From Eledone cirrhosa (Eukaryota), in NCBI GenBank assembly GCA_964016885.1, contig OZ024740.1, positions 173,414,001 through 173,478,000 of the forward strand: DNA of 64,000 nucleotides, in the 5' to 3' direction. Of this stretch, positions 17,702 through 30,892 are shown in pieces. Each line of letters begins with the position of its first letter. Position 1 is the stretch's first letter. The notes below the pieces were generated by a model, which had not been told where the DNA came from, ran no database searches, and saw only the letters and a list, made by a program, of their open reading frames with translations. The translations under genes and the position numbers were made by a program.

Positions 17702-20212
17702 AAACTGTTTTTATCTCTGAGTTTCAAGTTGTCCAGATACCTATTTTAGCAATAACATTTGAGAGCAACTGCCTTTTTCTTTCAATAGTTAAAAGAATTT
17801 TTTTTTAAATACAATAAAATCATACTCATCAAATCAAAAATGATTTGAATTGTAAATTTCTTTTTACCTATAACGGTTATTTTCAGAATACCATATCATT
17901 CGGTTTGGAGACAAATAACAGACACATCAAATTTTTATTTTACTGTCTGTTGTCCATGTTGTTGCTGTTGTTAGCAAAGACATTGTTGCTGGTGTTATAA
18001 TTGCAAGGATTTTACAAGCTGTTCTTGGTATTTTTGTATTTTGCTTCTTTTTCATACTCCGGAAGAAGAACAAAATTAAATGAAACATAATTGACATAAT
18101 TTTAAAATTATATAATTCAAAGAAAGAGAAAGAGATAAAAACAAATATAGATTGTAAGGGCATGAGATGATTTGGCAATGTAATGAAATAATTCTAATTG
18201 ATTTAGTACTAAAATGTAATTATAAATGACGTGAAGTCATTGAAATCCTATTTTGATAATAACTAATAATTGTTGTTCTCACACAAATATATGTGTGACG
18301 AAAAAGAAAGAAAAGTAATTGTAGAAATTAATACTCAAGTTAATTGAAAGTAAACAAGTTCCACTTTAGTGGAAGTCCAAATGATGAAGAAAGAAACTTG
18401 AAGAGAGAGAAGGAAATTTAATATCAGCTTAACAAAGGTTCAACGAAATGAAGGTGGTAGGGGAAGGATGAATATTTACAGAGAAATATAGAAGGATTTC
18501 TGATATATTCTTTTAAATTAATGAGGACCTTATTCAACAGATAAGGCCAAGGAGTGGAGTATAAAGAGAACAGATAGGGGTAGGGTAAATGGTGCAGAGA
18601 AAATCCAGCTCATCCCATCGAAGCATCTTTATATTTTTTTTTATCTTTTAATTTGGTTCTCCCCAAGTTAAGAATTAAACAAGGCAAGCAGGCCAAATGA
18701 AAATGGGATCCTTATAGCTTTATGTTCATGTTGCCAAATCCCGAAGGTTGTAAATAATGGATTGGCCATTTTCTTCTTTTTTTTTTTGCTTTTTGTTTTT
18801 TGTAGGGAACGGAGAAGCAAAGTCCTTTATTCTGGTTGCTGCTAATTTCCCAATAATGCTGTCTATAATGTGATCACACAGAACCCACTGCAAATTTGCA
18901 TACAGTGCATATATACCATACTTGTACATACACTACTTACAAACCAATTAATATATTACCTATAACAGGTAACTCATGGTTAAAAAAAAATGAGATATTG
19001 AAATGTCTTTTTAATGTGTCATGCAGCTGTGCAGCTAACCTCCTAAAGATATAGCAATGCACTATTGCAACTTACAGGATATGTACTGCCATTATTATAC
19101 TACTGTATTTGATATTTAGTAATGTGGAGGGAAATTATTTCAGACAACTTCAACTCAAATTGACTATTATGAGATAATATGCAGAAACATTGTTGTCTGA
19201 GTACAAGAGCTGTTGTAGAGGTGTGTTAAGAGAAGGGGAGACTAATTCAATGTGTCTTAAACACGCTTATTTATTGGGGCTTCCTGGAGTCAAGTAATAA
19301 AATATAAATCATATCAGACATTTTAAGCATTAATTTAAGACCAAAAAAAAGCAGCAAGTCTACTGGCAGGACTTGAACCATTTATATCTATTAATTGCCA
19401 GATGATCACATTACACAATAGAATGCCTGTTATCTTATTTTCTCAAATGCTATATAACTTGTTTCTGCTAATTTAACTGTACTGTTTAATTTACAAAGAC
19501 AAATCATCAACCACTTAATGATTGCAGGATAAGATATTATTTTATTAATATCCAGTATATTGGAGTGTCCTCCCCAAGTGTGATGCTTCAGTTATTATTT
19601 TTTATTATAACAAACAATAAACTGGGGTGAAGTAATTAATTTTAGTATATATTAGTAAAAGAGCATGTACTGCTAGCCCTGAGAGGCTGATGAATGATGT
19701 TGGCAAGATAAAATAATATAGTTAAATAGCAGAAACTGATTATATCCTGTATTTTGAGAAGAGGGAATGGCAGATGCTCTTGTATAATTGGCAACAGGAT
19801 CACATAGTAAGAAAAAGATACATGGTTTAGACACATTCGTGGGTCTGTTTTTTCTCTTTCAAATTAGGGCTTACAATTAATCATGGGTAAATATAATTTT
19901 GTTGGAAGAAATAATTTTTCAATTAGGCTTAATTTCTAGAGACATATATTAGATAAGTATTGATATAAAAATGTTAAATTATTCTCCACTATGGCAGTTT
20001 TCTAGAAAGGGTGGTGAGTATGAGTGTATACAAATGAATGTGTCACATGCACTGGATTTGACAACATGCACCATTATAAGTGCTGATTTGCTCACTATTA
20101 CCATCCATCTCAGAAGGTTTCAGTTGGCTTGCATGTACATGGGCTCCAAAATTCTCACTTTAGCTGGTAGAGTGCTCATCTGTTCAACATTAATCTTCAA
20201 TGTAAATAATGG

Positions 20213-20215
<3 letters not shown>

Positions 20216-20267
<52 letters not shown>

Positions 20268-20298
20268 GCGTGTGCGTGTGCGTGTGCATGTGCATGCA
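20216..20298. repeat. (TG)n/(TGCGTG)n microsatellite in the presumed arfaptin 3' UTR
   Basis: Read directly; about 100 bp downstream of the stop codon. Confidence 0.9.
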
Positions 20299-20396
20299 CG
20301 CAAATGTAGGATTCTAAGTACATTTGTCTGTATATTCATATGAAGGTTCCTTGGCCTGTAGGTGCATGGTTCCCCAAAATCTCAACATGAAGTTGA

Positions 20397-20549
20397 TTAC
20401 TGTTCAATCCAAGACGGCTTTGAAGAATTGGCTGTTTTCAATTTAATATTGAACTGCTTCAATGTTGCATCCAAAGCTGTCTCATTCCCACTGAAGTATG
20501 CCGACACCGCATTGTGGAACAATAAAAGCTGCTTGTGCATGACTTTCAC
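20397..20549 (-). CDS. ARFIP: Arfaptin, last coding exon
   Basis: Acceptor tttcag|GTG; [50 protein letters not shown] matches the conserved arfaptin C-terminus; phase 0. Confidence 0.96.
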   Translation of the reverse strand: MKVMHKQLLLFHNAVSAYFSGNETALDATLKQFNIKLKTANSSKPSWIEQ

Positions 20550-20599
20550 CTGAAATTAAGAAACACAAATGAAAAATACGACTATTACTAATAACAATA

Positions 20600-20940
20600 A
20601 TAATGGTTTCTTATATAGGCATAAGGCCAGCAACTTAGGGGTAGGGAAAGTTGATTAAATCGACCCCAGTGCGTGACTGGTACTTTATTTTATTGACCTC
20701 ATAAGGATGAAAGGCAAAGTTAACCTCGGTGGGATTTGAACTCAACTAATAATAATAATTGTTTCTACTTTTGGCACAAGGCCAGCAATTATCCAGTACA
20801 TTACTGGTACTTTATTTTATCGACCCCACAAGGATGAAAGGCAAAGTTAACCTCGGCGGGATTTGAACTCAGACCGTAAAGGGACGTAACTATGCTGGAA
20901 AGCATGGCGTCCGACTCTCTACCGATACTGTCAATCCACC
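20600..20940 (-). mobile_element. Two adjacent SINE family B copies
   Basis: Two reverse-complement copies of the gcctttcatcc/gtcgataaaataaagtaccag module with (AAT)n tails. Confidence 0.85.
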
Positions 20941-21399
20941 AATAATGATTGCTTACACATGCTTGAAGCTAAGAATATTCATACTTTTCCTAAATGAACT
21001 AGTGAACACAAGAAATGGTTGTAACTAGGAACCAGATTATAGACAGTTTCCTGAAAACTTAGCAGCATGACACCTCATTATAACAACAGCCTGCTAGCAA
21101 ACAGCTGAATGTAATTATGGTTCTTCTTGAGAAATACACAGAAAGCTACTTCATCATCATCATCGTTTAACGTCTATTTTCCATGCTAGCATGGGTTACA
21201 GCAATGACAACTATTATTTGAAATTATTGTTCTGTTTGTAATACTGTCAATGAAGAGGAACAAATCTAAATGGTAAAATATACCTTTCCAATGTTTTGAA
21301 CCTCTACAGAAGTAGTTACTAGCTTATGTTACCTCAGCAGAGGAGGGCGCTCTGAAAACATAGTAGATAGAATAAGACAGGGTGGAAAAAATTCAGGGA

Positions 21400-21850
21400 G
21401 CTATTAGCACTGCTGGTAACAAAAAGAATTTCTAACCATGTAAAAGGGAGATTGCATAACATGTAGTGCAATGTCGCATGATATTAAGGCATTGACATTG
21501 AAAGCAGAGGATATGTGAAGATATGATCCACTGAATGTGGATGCTGAACAGAGCACAGATGAGTTAAAAGAAAAACTGGATATAAGAGTCAGATCTTGTG
21601 TGCAAGACAGAAGACTATACTGCAAAAGAAAGGTAATGTACAGGGATGACGAGAGTTCATTAAAGAAGCACCAAGAGTTCCAAGTGGAAGAAAGCTGTGA
21701 AAGAGGAAGACTAGAGAAGACATGAGCAGAAGTTGCGAAAGCTTATTTCAGGACCCTGAACCTCACAAAGTAGATGACAAAGGAACACAACTGGTGAGAC
21801 ACTGTTTTGGAGAAGACCCATCCAACTCGTCTAAGCATGGGTTGGATAAT
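21400..21850 (+). mobile_element. Decayed RTE LINE 3' fragment (short-3'UTR type)
   Basis: DELKEKLDIRVRSCVQDRRLYC...GSCERGR...LEKT-like end; homologous to the C-terminus of the 55123-58377 ORF. Confidence 0.75.
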
Positions 21851-22275
21851 GATTGTCTCTACTTTTGGCACAAGGCCAGCAATTATCCCAGTGCATTACT
21901 GTTACTTTATTTTATCTACCCCGTAAGGATGAAAGGCAATGTTGACCTCAGCAGGATTTAAACTCAGAACATAAAAGACCATAACTATATGTCACAAAAC
22001 ATATTCTCCGATGCTCTATCAATTATGCTAATCCACCACCCTAATAATAACAATAATAATAATGGTTTCTGATTTCAGCACAAGGCCAAAAGTTTTAGGG
22101 GAAAGTCGATTAAATCGACTCCAATGCATTACAAGTACTTTATTTTAACAACCCCTGTAAGGATGAAAAGCAAAGTTCACCTCAATGGGATTTGAACTCA
22201 GAAAGTAAAGGGCCGTAACTTTATGTTGCAAAGTATGGGGTCCGACACTCTACCACTACTGCAATCCACCGCCCT
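21850..22275 (-). mobile_element. Two adjacent SINE family B copies
   Basis: Reverse-complement SINE B modules at about 21850-22045 and 22060-22275. Confidence 0.8.
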
Positions 22276-22329
22276 GCCAATAATAATAATTCCTCTCTTT
22301 TACTGCATTGGTATTTAAAGCTTTGTGTA

Positions 22330-22520
22330 AAGATAGTAATATAGCCTGTTCGGTGGATATCAATTTGGTGGAAAAGAGGAATGAGAAGTTAGAAATGTGT
22401 TATGTAAGGTGGAAATAACATGATTGTAGAATAAAGAAATATGTGTCATTCCCATGATCATGGGTGCTTTGGGATCAGTCCCACCAGATTTCCACAACCA
22501 TATATCTATACATGATATAA
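22330..22520 (+). mobile_element. R4/Dong-clade LINE 3' (RLE) fragment
   Basis: IAC.VDINLVEKRNEKLE...VIPMIMGALGSVP resembles the C-terminus of the restriction-like endonuclease. Confidence 0.55.
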
Positions 22521-22820
22521 AAGATAGATGTTTGTTGGCTGGTTGGTTCCTTTGCACACCACAAAAAAACGAAAACTGACAATCAAAAAGTAATGGAATA
22601 AGGGTGTATCCAGGAAGGTTTATTGATATTAATTTTATAACATCAAAGAAGAAAAACATCCTTGGTATGCTAACCAACCTGACTGCTATTTCTAGCAGGT
22701 TGGGAATCAACGATAAGGGATTCTTTCTGCATATTCGTAGTCAGTAACGATGATGCTTCGCAGCCAGCGTCTCTGATTCAAATGCTGGTTTACACACACA
22801 TTTATATATAATTATCAATA

Positions 22821-23380
22821 TCTATATATAATATAAAAGATTGGAACGTCCATCATCCTTTTGAGAAACATGGACCAAACACGTCTCTGCAATGACACAC
22901 GCTTAACAGTCAAGTGGCGGAAGATGAAACATCTCCAAGAGGAGGCAGTTATCAAGGAGAAAGTGCATTTATTCCAAAGATTCCTTTCATCCCTTCCTCT
23001 ACTGAGCTGCCATTCAAATTCTCAAGACTTCACTTCCCTGTTAGAGCCAGTTTTGCCATGACCATAAATAAAGCTCAGGATCAGAGTTTCAAAGTTGTAG
23101 AATTGAATACAAGGAAATCACTTTTTACCCATGAACAGTTAAATGTAGGTTGCTCATGAGTAGAAACACCTAGAAATCTTCATATACTATGCACAAAGGG
23201 TAAAACAAAGAATCTGGTGAATCGGGAAGATTTTTTACTGTTTTTTTTTCTTTTGTCACACACACATCACGGTCTTGCCTCATACTGCAAACAGACAACA
23301 CATCCAATACAATTGTTTTCTTTTCTACCCGTCTTCTCTTATCATCAGTTTACCCAGATGAAGCTGGGTACATCAGCTAG
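22821..23380 (+). mobile_element. Non-autonomous Helitron with Pif1-helicase remnant
   Basis: 5' A|TC start; LRNMD..LCNDTRL and IPKIPFIPS.ELPFKFSRLHFPVRASFAMTINKAQ..FTHEQLNVGCS; subterminal hairpin tacccag-atgaag-ctgggta (23351-23370); CTAG end. Confidence 0.85.
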
Positions 23381-24171
23381 ATTTTAATAAAGCTCACATG
23401 CTTTATTTTCATTACCATGTGGGCAGCAAAGTGGCAGTCATGAGAGCTGAGAAAAAAAACCTTGTGGTATTTGGTCTGGCTTTTTACACAGAATTCAAAT
23501 CTGGCCATAGTCAATTTTACCTTTCATCTTCTCTGAAGCAATGTATTGGCAGAATTGTTAGAGCCTCTGATAAGATGCCTTGGTATATTTGTTCTAGCTC
23601 TATACAGTCTTAAGAGGCAGACTTAATCTATTGCCCACCTGGTCCTTGGGTACATTTAGCAGAGTTCACTCTGTTGCAAGCATTCAAACCAGGTTGCTGA
23701 ATTAAGGATAACATCTTCCCTTGCCCCTGTCAGTCTCCATTGTACCAGCACTGCCTTCCTTCTCTGATTAAAAGCTACCAAAAAAGGAGCAAATTCAGTT
23801 AAACATAGGCATGCACCCAAGCCCTACAAACTCTATTTTACCTCATCAACTTTACTAAAATTGTCAAATATTTTTCATATAAATATGCTTTAGACTACAT
23901 TATTTTTAAAATATTTCTATTAGATGGAGTACCATCAGGGAAAATGGCTTCAACTAGTAACGATAATTATTACATTGATGATCACAGTATAAAAGGGTTG
24001 GGACCGGGAAGGGCATTTGACTGTAAAACATTGTTTCAAAAAGGACCCCCTGATGTGTATGAAGCTTGCCATGAAGCGCATTAGGCTAATCCCTTTATTT
24101 GTTGTTTTAATTTTATCAACTTCAACAGACTTTTAATTTGAAAATTTTTATGAACTAAATGTTACACTTAC

Positions 24172-24346
24172 CTTATTTTCTTCCAAAAAATTTAGTTTGA
24201 TGGCTACATCACCACGTAGAGATTCATATTTTTGTTTATGTTCTTCAAACTTGGTCTTGGCATCTTCAACTTTGGGTATAGAATTAGTATCTCGTGGTCC
24301 CATTTGAGCAAACTCAAGGTCATTTCTATATGCATCATATTCCAGT
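24172..24346 (-). CDS. ARFIP: Arfaptin coding exon
   Basis: ccttatccag|A..AAG|gtaagt; (R)LEYDAYRNDLEFAQMGPRDTNSIPKVEDAKTKFEEHKQKYESLRGDVAIKLNFLEENK; 175 nt, phase 2 to 0. Confidence 0.96.
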
Positions 24347-26229
24347 CTGGATAAGGAAAAAAATAGTCACAACTTTCAATACCAAGATGAAATGATTTGT
24401 AATTACACATAACTGTAACCACCAAAACAAAGTAAAAATAGATAGCAATTATTTTGCTCATTCTATGAATATCTATCATCATGATTCTGGCTTGGATTGG
24501 GCAGGTCATTGCAGATAAGGTCAGTACTTGACACAGGAGCTACTATCATTCTAGACTGGTCTTGTTCAATACATTCTATTTTGATATGGATGCCTTTTCT
24601 AATACATCTTATTATGGCACCAGCATTACAGAAGTTGTCAAGTCCTTAATGTGACTGAAGAGCTCTCTCTACTCTTTTTGGCATGATTTCTACAGCTGCA
24701 TCCTTGTCTAAACACCAACCATTTTACAGTGTATAGTGGGGATATTTTATCATGACACCAGCACTAGACAAGTTGTCCTGAACATAAGAGTCCTCTCTAA
24801 CCTAATTTGAATACCAACCCTTTTATAGAGTGTACAAGATACCTTTTATGGTGACACCAACACTAGATATTTTATAAATATCTACATTTGCATGTATTAT
24901 TGGGGAGAATGAATTTTACAATTGCTACACATTTTAACATCTAATCATGATAAATCTTCTGTTGATTTCAACAAAGAGCATTCAGTTGTTTGATTCAACT
25001 GAATGACCAATTCCTTAAGCTAACATGTAAGTGGCTAGATATTCCACAGACATGTATACTCTTAACATAAATTTTAGGCTGAATCAGCATGACACAATTT
25101 AATAATCACGGGTATAATCCATTTGATAGTTTCTATCTCCCCAATTTCACTCAAAGGATTCAGTTGATCTCTAGACTATGGCAAAAGACACTTGTCTAAG
25201 ACACCATGCAATGGAATTGAACCTGAAACCTTAGGATTGTTAAACAAACTTCTTAACTACTCAACCATACCTGCATCCAGATACATTTAATCATATAATC
25301 ATGATAGAGTAGTAAATGTCAATTGAAGCTAGTAACCAAGTTCCTTAAATCTGAGGAATTGTGAATATGAACATGTAATTTAAGTAATCAACATGAACCA
25401 AGCTCTGAATATTGACACTCTATAATAGAATCATCAGTTCTTCAAAATACAGGAAGGAAAGGAGCTAATCATCAGATCAGACGAAGTAAACCATGCTTTC
25501 ATTGGACTTTCCATGGCTGATACTATCTGCAGGTTGCAACTCCTGGCAAAAGGAAGCTGGATTTGAACTTGGGACAAAAGGAGCTGGATTAGATACTGCA
25601 AAGCATCTCATCCTATTCTTTAACAATTCCACCAATCCACTGCAACATTAAACTCAGCTGGATTTGGACTCAGAGCACAGAGAGCCAGAACAAGTCCTGA
25701 GGCGTTTAACCCAATATGATTGTACTAGTTTGCCACCTATAAAATACAGTGCAGAAAATAAATTTAAATTTTGTAATGTCTAGTTAGGGTTATCGGCTAA
25801 TCTAACACTATGATTTTATGACTAACAGACAACAACAAGCATTTTCTCTATTAAAGTATGAGTTAGCCTTGCAGGCTTCTCCACTTTACCTTATCAGCTG
25901 CATCTCTGGTTTTCATTTCCTCCTCCATCATCCCCAGCCTTGTCTTTCTTGGTCTTTTCTTTCCTCTACCTCTCTCTACATTCATTTCCATCACTCCTTT
26001 CACTCAGTCACTTTCATCCTTCCTTAACACCTGACCTAACCATCTCACTATTTCTATTCACAACATTCATCACTGCCTCTCTTCCGATTATCTTCAGAAA
26101 TTCATTGTCGTCTTCAAAATAACAGACTAGTGGACTAAATTTGATCAGAATCTTTCACAATTAACTCCAGTGCATGTCACATTCCTATGAAAAGACACGC
26201 CATATAGTTAAGAGTGCTGAACCAATTTT

Positions 26230-26570
26230 AGCTTCCATGGTGTTTAATGCTGCACAATTATAATTTTCTCCCATGGAAGCATCTGAGATTAACACTATAA
26301 ACTAATAGAAATTTATAGGAACAAGATTAAATTCAGTAACAGTAATGTCAGATCTGTCTTAATGTATAGTTCAGAATGCTAGCAAGTGGTAAAAGGTGAC
26401 ATGAATAGGTGACATGAATAGGATCAATACTTTCTGTAACGTGTGCCTCAGAGAAATTTGCTGCGTCTTCTGGTCAAATAAAGTATCAAACTAGGAATTG
26501 TACTACAAAACTTGTTGCAATAGTGTGGTCTTTGAAATAAAATGCTGGCAGCTCAGGTGGCTAGGCTATG
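26230..26570 (+). mobile_element. Decayed RTE/BovB-like fragment
   Basis: NSNVRSVLMYSSEC..CLREICCVFWSNKVSN.ELY..QLRWLGY. Confidence 0.65.
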
Positions 26571-26616
26571 CTGTTACTGCTGCAACTACTATTACTTCTA
26601 CTACTAATACTAATAA

Positions 26617-28100
26617 TATCAATCATGGAATATTCCATGGCGACTCATTGTCCCCTTTGCTGTTCTGTAATGTCACTTGCTTCATAAGCCAGTTACTGTG
26701 GAGGACAGGCTATGGATATAAAGTAGACAACACACACTACAGTCACCTTCTTCATATGGATGATATCAAGCTATTTGGAAACAATAATGGACAGCTGGAA
26801 GGTTTACTGCACAGTGAAACAATTCAGTGATGACATCCATATGGAATTTGGACTGAACAAGTGTTCAAAAGCCACATTCAAGAGAGGGTTTCTCTCTAAC
26901 CATAAATATATTGCCATAGACCAACAAACCACCATAAAGGAACTTAAATATCTTGAAGTTAATGAAAGAAATGGAATCCAGCATGCAAGTATGAAGGAAA
27001 AGATACAGAAGGAATACATAAGGAGAGTGAAACTGGTAACAAAAGGTGAGCTAACTAAAAGTTCAAAGCCATTAACAGTCTAGCAGTAACAGTAGTAACA
27101 CTGGAACCTGCAAGAACTACAAAGGATGGACACTAAGACCAGAAAATTACTGACAACTGAAAAAATGCATCACCATAAAGCCGATGTACATAGGCTGTAT
27201 ATCTCAAGAAGAGAAGGGGGAAAGGAACTCCTACAACTGGAAACTGCATACAAAACAGAAACCATTGGACTGAATAGCTACCTCCACCACACTCAAGATG
27301 AACTTCTCAAGAATGAACAGATTAATTAAACTACACTCAATAACAAAAGAGGCAAGCAAATTTAGGCAAAAACTGAACATAGAACAAGACACACCCACAA
27401 AAAAAAATCAACAATAGAGTGCTACACAGTTAACTAGGACTGTGAAGATCAAAGCAAAGAAACTCCAAACAGAGGAACTAAACCATGAATGTTATTTCTG
27501 GGTGTCCTAAGCTGGCAAAAACTAATTATATAGAATGACACAACTGCATTGTCAAATATGCGTACTGGAACTGCTGCCGCTTTCATGACATCCAAACCTC
27601 TGACAAATGGAATGAACATCAACCAAAAACAGTCATGAAAAAAGGCAACATATCCATCCTGTGGAATTAGCTTGTGATAACCAGCTGGAAAATTGCTGCC
27701 AACAGACCAGTATCATAAAAAATAAAACAGATCGGACATGTAGCCTTATAGATATTTCTGTACCAGCTGACAAGAATACATCAGTAAAAACAATGGAAAA
27801 ACTGTCAAAGTATAAAGACCTAGAAATAGAAATCAACTGCATGTGAAGGATGACCACAAACACTATCCCTGTGGTAATAGAACAACTAGGATTAATACCC
27901 AAACTATCAGACCTGCACCTTAGCATCCTTCCCTGCAAGATCAGCAAATATGAGCTATAGAAGATCGGGCTACTAGGAAAAGCACATATTCTCAGGCAAG
28001 TTTTCTCTCTACAATGAAAACCTATATTGCACTAGATTCAAGGCCTGAACCCGGCAATAGAGAAACAGAACAGATCTAAATGAAATAACATAATAATAAT
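26617..28100 (+). mobile_element. 5'-truncated, frameshifted R4/Dong-clade LINE (RT + RLE)
   Basis: GIFHGDSLSPLLFC, HLLHMDDIKLF, FSDDIHMEFGLNKC, DVHRLYISRREGG, LIDISVPAD..EKLSKYKDLEIEI, AHILRQV; (TAA)n tail. Confidence 0.88.
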
Positions 28101-28285
28101 TGTTTCTACTTTTTGGCACAAGGCCAGCAATTACCCAGTACATTACTAGTACTTTATTTTATCGACGACGTAAGGATGAAAGGCAAAGTTAACCTCGGTG
28201 GGATTTGAATTCAGAATGGCAAGGGCCGTAACTCTATGCGTCAAAGCATGGCGTCCGACCCTCTACCGATACTGCCAATTCACCA
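28095..28285 (-). mobile_element. SINE family B copy
   Basis: Reverse complement of the SINE B consensus, inserted at the R4 (TAA)n tail. Confidence 0.85.
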
Positions 28286-28462
28286 TAATAATGATGAACT
28301 ATATACCTCTATGTATTTTACTAGTAATAAGTGGAAAGAGTGAATTGCACTCAAGAATGATATGAAGCAGCATTAGAACTCTTCAAATATTTACTAATTG
28401 ACAAAAATCAGTATGGTTCAAAAAATAAAAATAATTTAATAATTAGAACATTATGAACTAAC

Positions 28463-28556
28463 CTGGCATTTTCATATTGTTTTATTGTAAGTAGAGTGTC
28501 TTCCATAGTTTTATTGCATAACGTGTTCACAGAAGAAGTAAAAAAATTCATGGCAC
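28463..28556 (-). CDS. ARFIP: Arfaptin coding exon
   Basis: cattttag|GT..AG|gttagt; (G)[30 protein letters not shown](R); 94 nt, phase 1 to 2. Confidence 0.96.
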
Positions 28557-29028
28557 CTAAAATGAGAAAGCAAGACAGACAAGATAGAAAGTCACTTCAT
28601 AAAACAACTCATTCACATAATTTCTAGAAAAAAATACAATTTATTTATTAGTTTTTAGTAATAAACTATGTCAAAATACAGTTTTAATGATACATATATA
28701 TGAACTCATAACTTCTGGTGGAGCCATAGGGGTACCATATTTTAAACCATTTTAAACCTAGCAGAGCCCATCCCTCTCCAGGTCTGAATTAACACAGAAA
28801 AGGGAAGAGAGTAGTAGAAAGGATGTCTACCCTAGTACTGAACTAGTACTTTTTAAACTGCCCTTAAAAGGATGGGCAAAGTTGACCTCAACAGGTTTTG
28901 AACTCAATACTGCAAATAATCCTGTTCAATGTTCTAATGGCTGCCAATTCACTGACTATTTTAATCATATACTCTAAAATAAAAATAAAAATTAACAGGA
29001 ACATTTAATTAGTAATTCATTTACTTAC

Positions 29029-29439
29029 CCAATAGAACTTCACCATTTTTACTTAGTGTTCTCTGTGTTTCAGAATTGTAAGTAAATTCCTCCTGGAGAT
29101 CTGGAGATTTAGCAGCTAACTCAGAGAAGGATTCTCCAAGAGCTTTTTGAGTCTGCACCACATAATAGAAATGATTGGTTAGAGAACGTGCCAAGCGCAA
29201 AATGTTGCAATATTTGCGTTGTGTTTCACGCAAAGCTTCGATCTGAGTTTCCAACTCCAGATCTACAGTTCGCGAACCCTTGCCAAATTTTTCAGATAAA
29301 AGTTGACGAGTACATTTGTAAGTATTCAAGCTCCATGAGCGAATTGTGTCGATCTTGGATACAGCAGATTGAGTGACACTGCCTTTTGGTACAAAATCTC
29401 CATTGCTCTGAGGACTCGACAGTGGAATATTACTTGTGG
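29029..29439 (-). CDS. ARFIP: Arfaptin coding exon (amphipathic helix + start of AH/BAR domain)
   Basis: tatttcag|CC..G|gtaagt; ..[64 protein letters not shown]; 411 nt, phase 1 to 1. Confidence 0.97.
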
Positions 29440-29954
29440 CTGAAATAGACACAAATTCAAAATACAGGGCTCATATGGACAGATGGGGCCAACAATAACA
29501 ACAAAACATTTTACTAAAATTAGAGACATTAAGCATAATTGTTCTTTAATAGAAATCAATATTAACTGACTTCATTCATTTGAACACATACACTAATTAC
29601 ATAAACTTTATTTTAATATTATTTTTTTCTTACCTTCAAGTAGTTCTTGAAAAAATATAAACATTAAAAAATGTAACAAAACATTAAAAAAGCTTGCAAT
29701 TTAATTGCAACTGATTTTTTTATGGGAAGTTTTATATTTTGCAAAATAATTTTTAAATCTTATTAGATCAATCATGCAGAGAAAAGATTATTCTCTGATC
29801 ATCATTGTCCAAGATTAACAATAATTAACCGAGTGTTAAGTTATTTAACATGCACTCTGCTTGGTATTCAACTAGTAACAACATAGGGTAGGGAAGGCTC
29901 TTCAGTCAAGCCAATGACCTAAAAAACCTTTCAAGTGCTGGTGTTATAATAAAA

Positions 29955-30282
29955 TACAGTGGAACCTCGGTTCACAAACTTAATTCATTCTTGAAGGGCG
30001 TTCATCACCCAAAACTATTTTTCCCATATGAAATGTTGAGAAACAAATACAGTGAGAGAGAGGCTGTGTGTGAAAGACATATCACCATAGTAACTAACCA
30101 CACAGCAAGTAACACTTTCCCACCAATACTCCAAGCTTGTTGTTGCCAACAGATGTTGTCAGCTTGTGTGTTTGTTACTCGAGACATCGTTTGTGAACTG
30201 AGACATTTTATGTTTGGAAAAATTGTTCATGAATCAATTTGTTTGTGAACCAATTTGTTTGTGATGAGAGGTATTCATGAAC
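29955..30282 (+). mobile_element. Tc1/mariner (Tigger-like) MITE
   Basis: TA|cagtggaacctcggttcacaaac 5' TIR; degenerate 3' TIR gtttgtgatgagaggtattcatg. Confidence 0.5.
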
Positions 30283-30824
30283 ATAGGAACCATGCCATAA
30301 AGAGAGGACTTTTCAGTTATGTCAACGACATAAACTGTCTGGTGCTGGTGCCATAATAAAATGCACGAAGTGCATTATAAATTGTCTGGTGTTAGGAAGG
30401 GTGTCCAGCAGAAGAAATCCTGCTAAATTAGAAACAGAAGATGTGATCCCCTAGCTCATCTAAGAGGGCAGTAACTCTAAGTACTGACTTGATTTGTGAC
30501 AACCCATCCAATCAATGCTATAAGAAATCCATCATATCCTTAATACACTTTAAATTACAACAACACAATTGATACAAATCACTACTTCAAGATACTGTGT
30601 TATCATACAACTGAACAAAAATGTTCAGATATTAATGTCATAAAAATGTCAGAGACAAAATTAACCTATTAGCTCAATTTCTGAAATGTTCATCAAAAAC
30701 AAAACGGCATGTCTTAACTAAAATGTTCTAACATCGCAACTAATAGCATTACTAGTTCTTGATTTTTCTTAATTCATCTTAAAATAACCCCCAAATTGAC
30801 TACTCCCAAACTGAGTTTTCAGCA

Positions 30825-30892
30825 TAATGTAGGGTTAGAACCCAATGTGTTCTAACCCTAATGTAGGGTTAGAACCCAATGTGTTCTAACCC
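30825..30892. repeat. Exact 34-bp tandem duplication of an 11-bp-stem hairpin
   Basis: (taatgtagggttagaacccaatgtgttctaaccc)x2. Confidence 0.9.

Noticed and set aside
29021-29452. ORF-track limits as a complete single-exon gene
   Set aside because: The ORF runs into introns at both ends; the exon is 29029-29439
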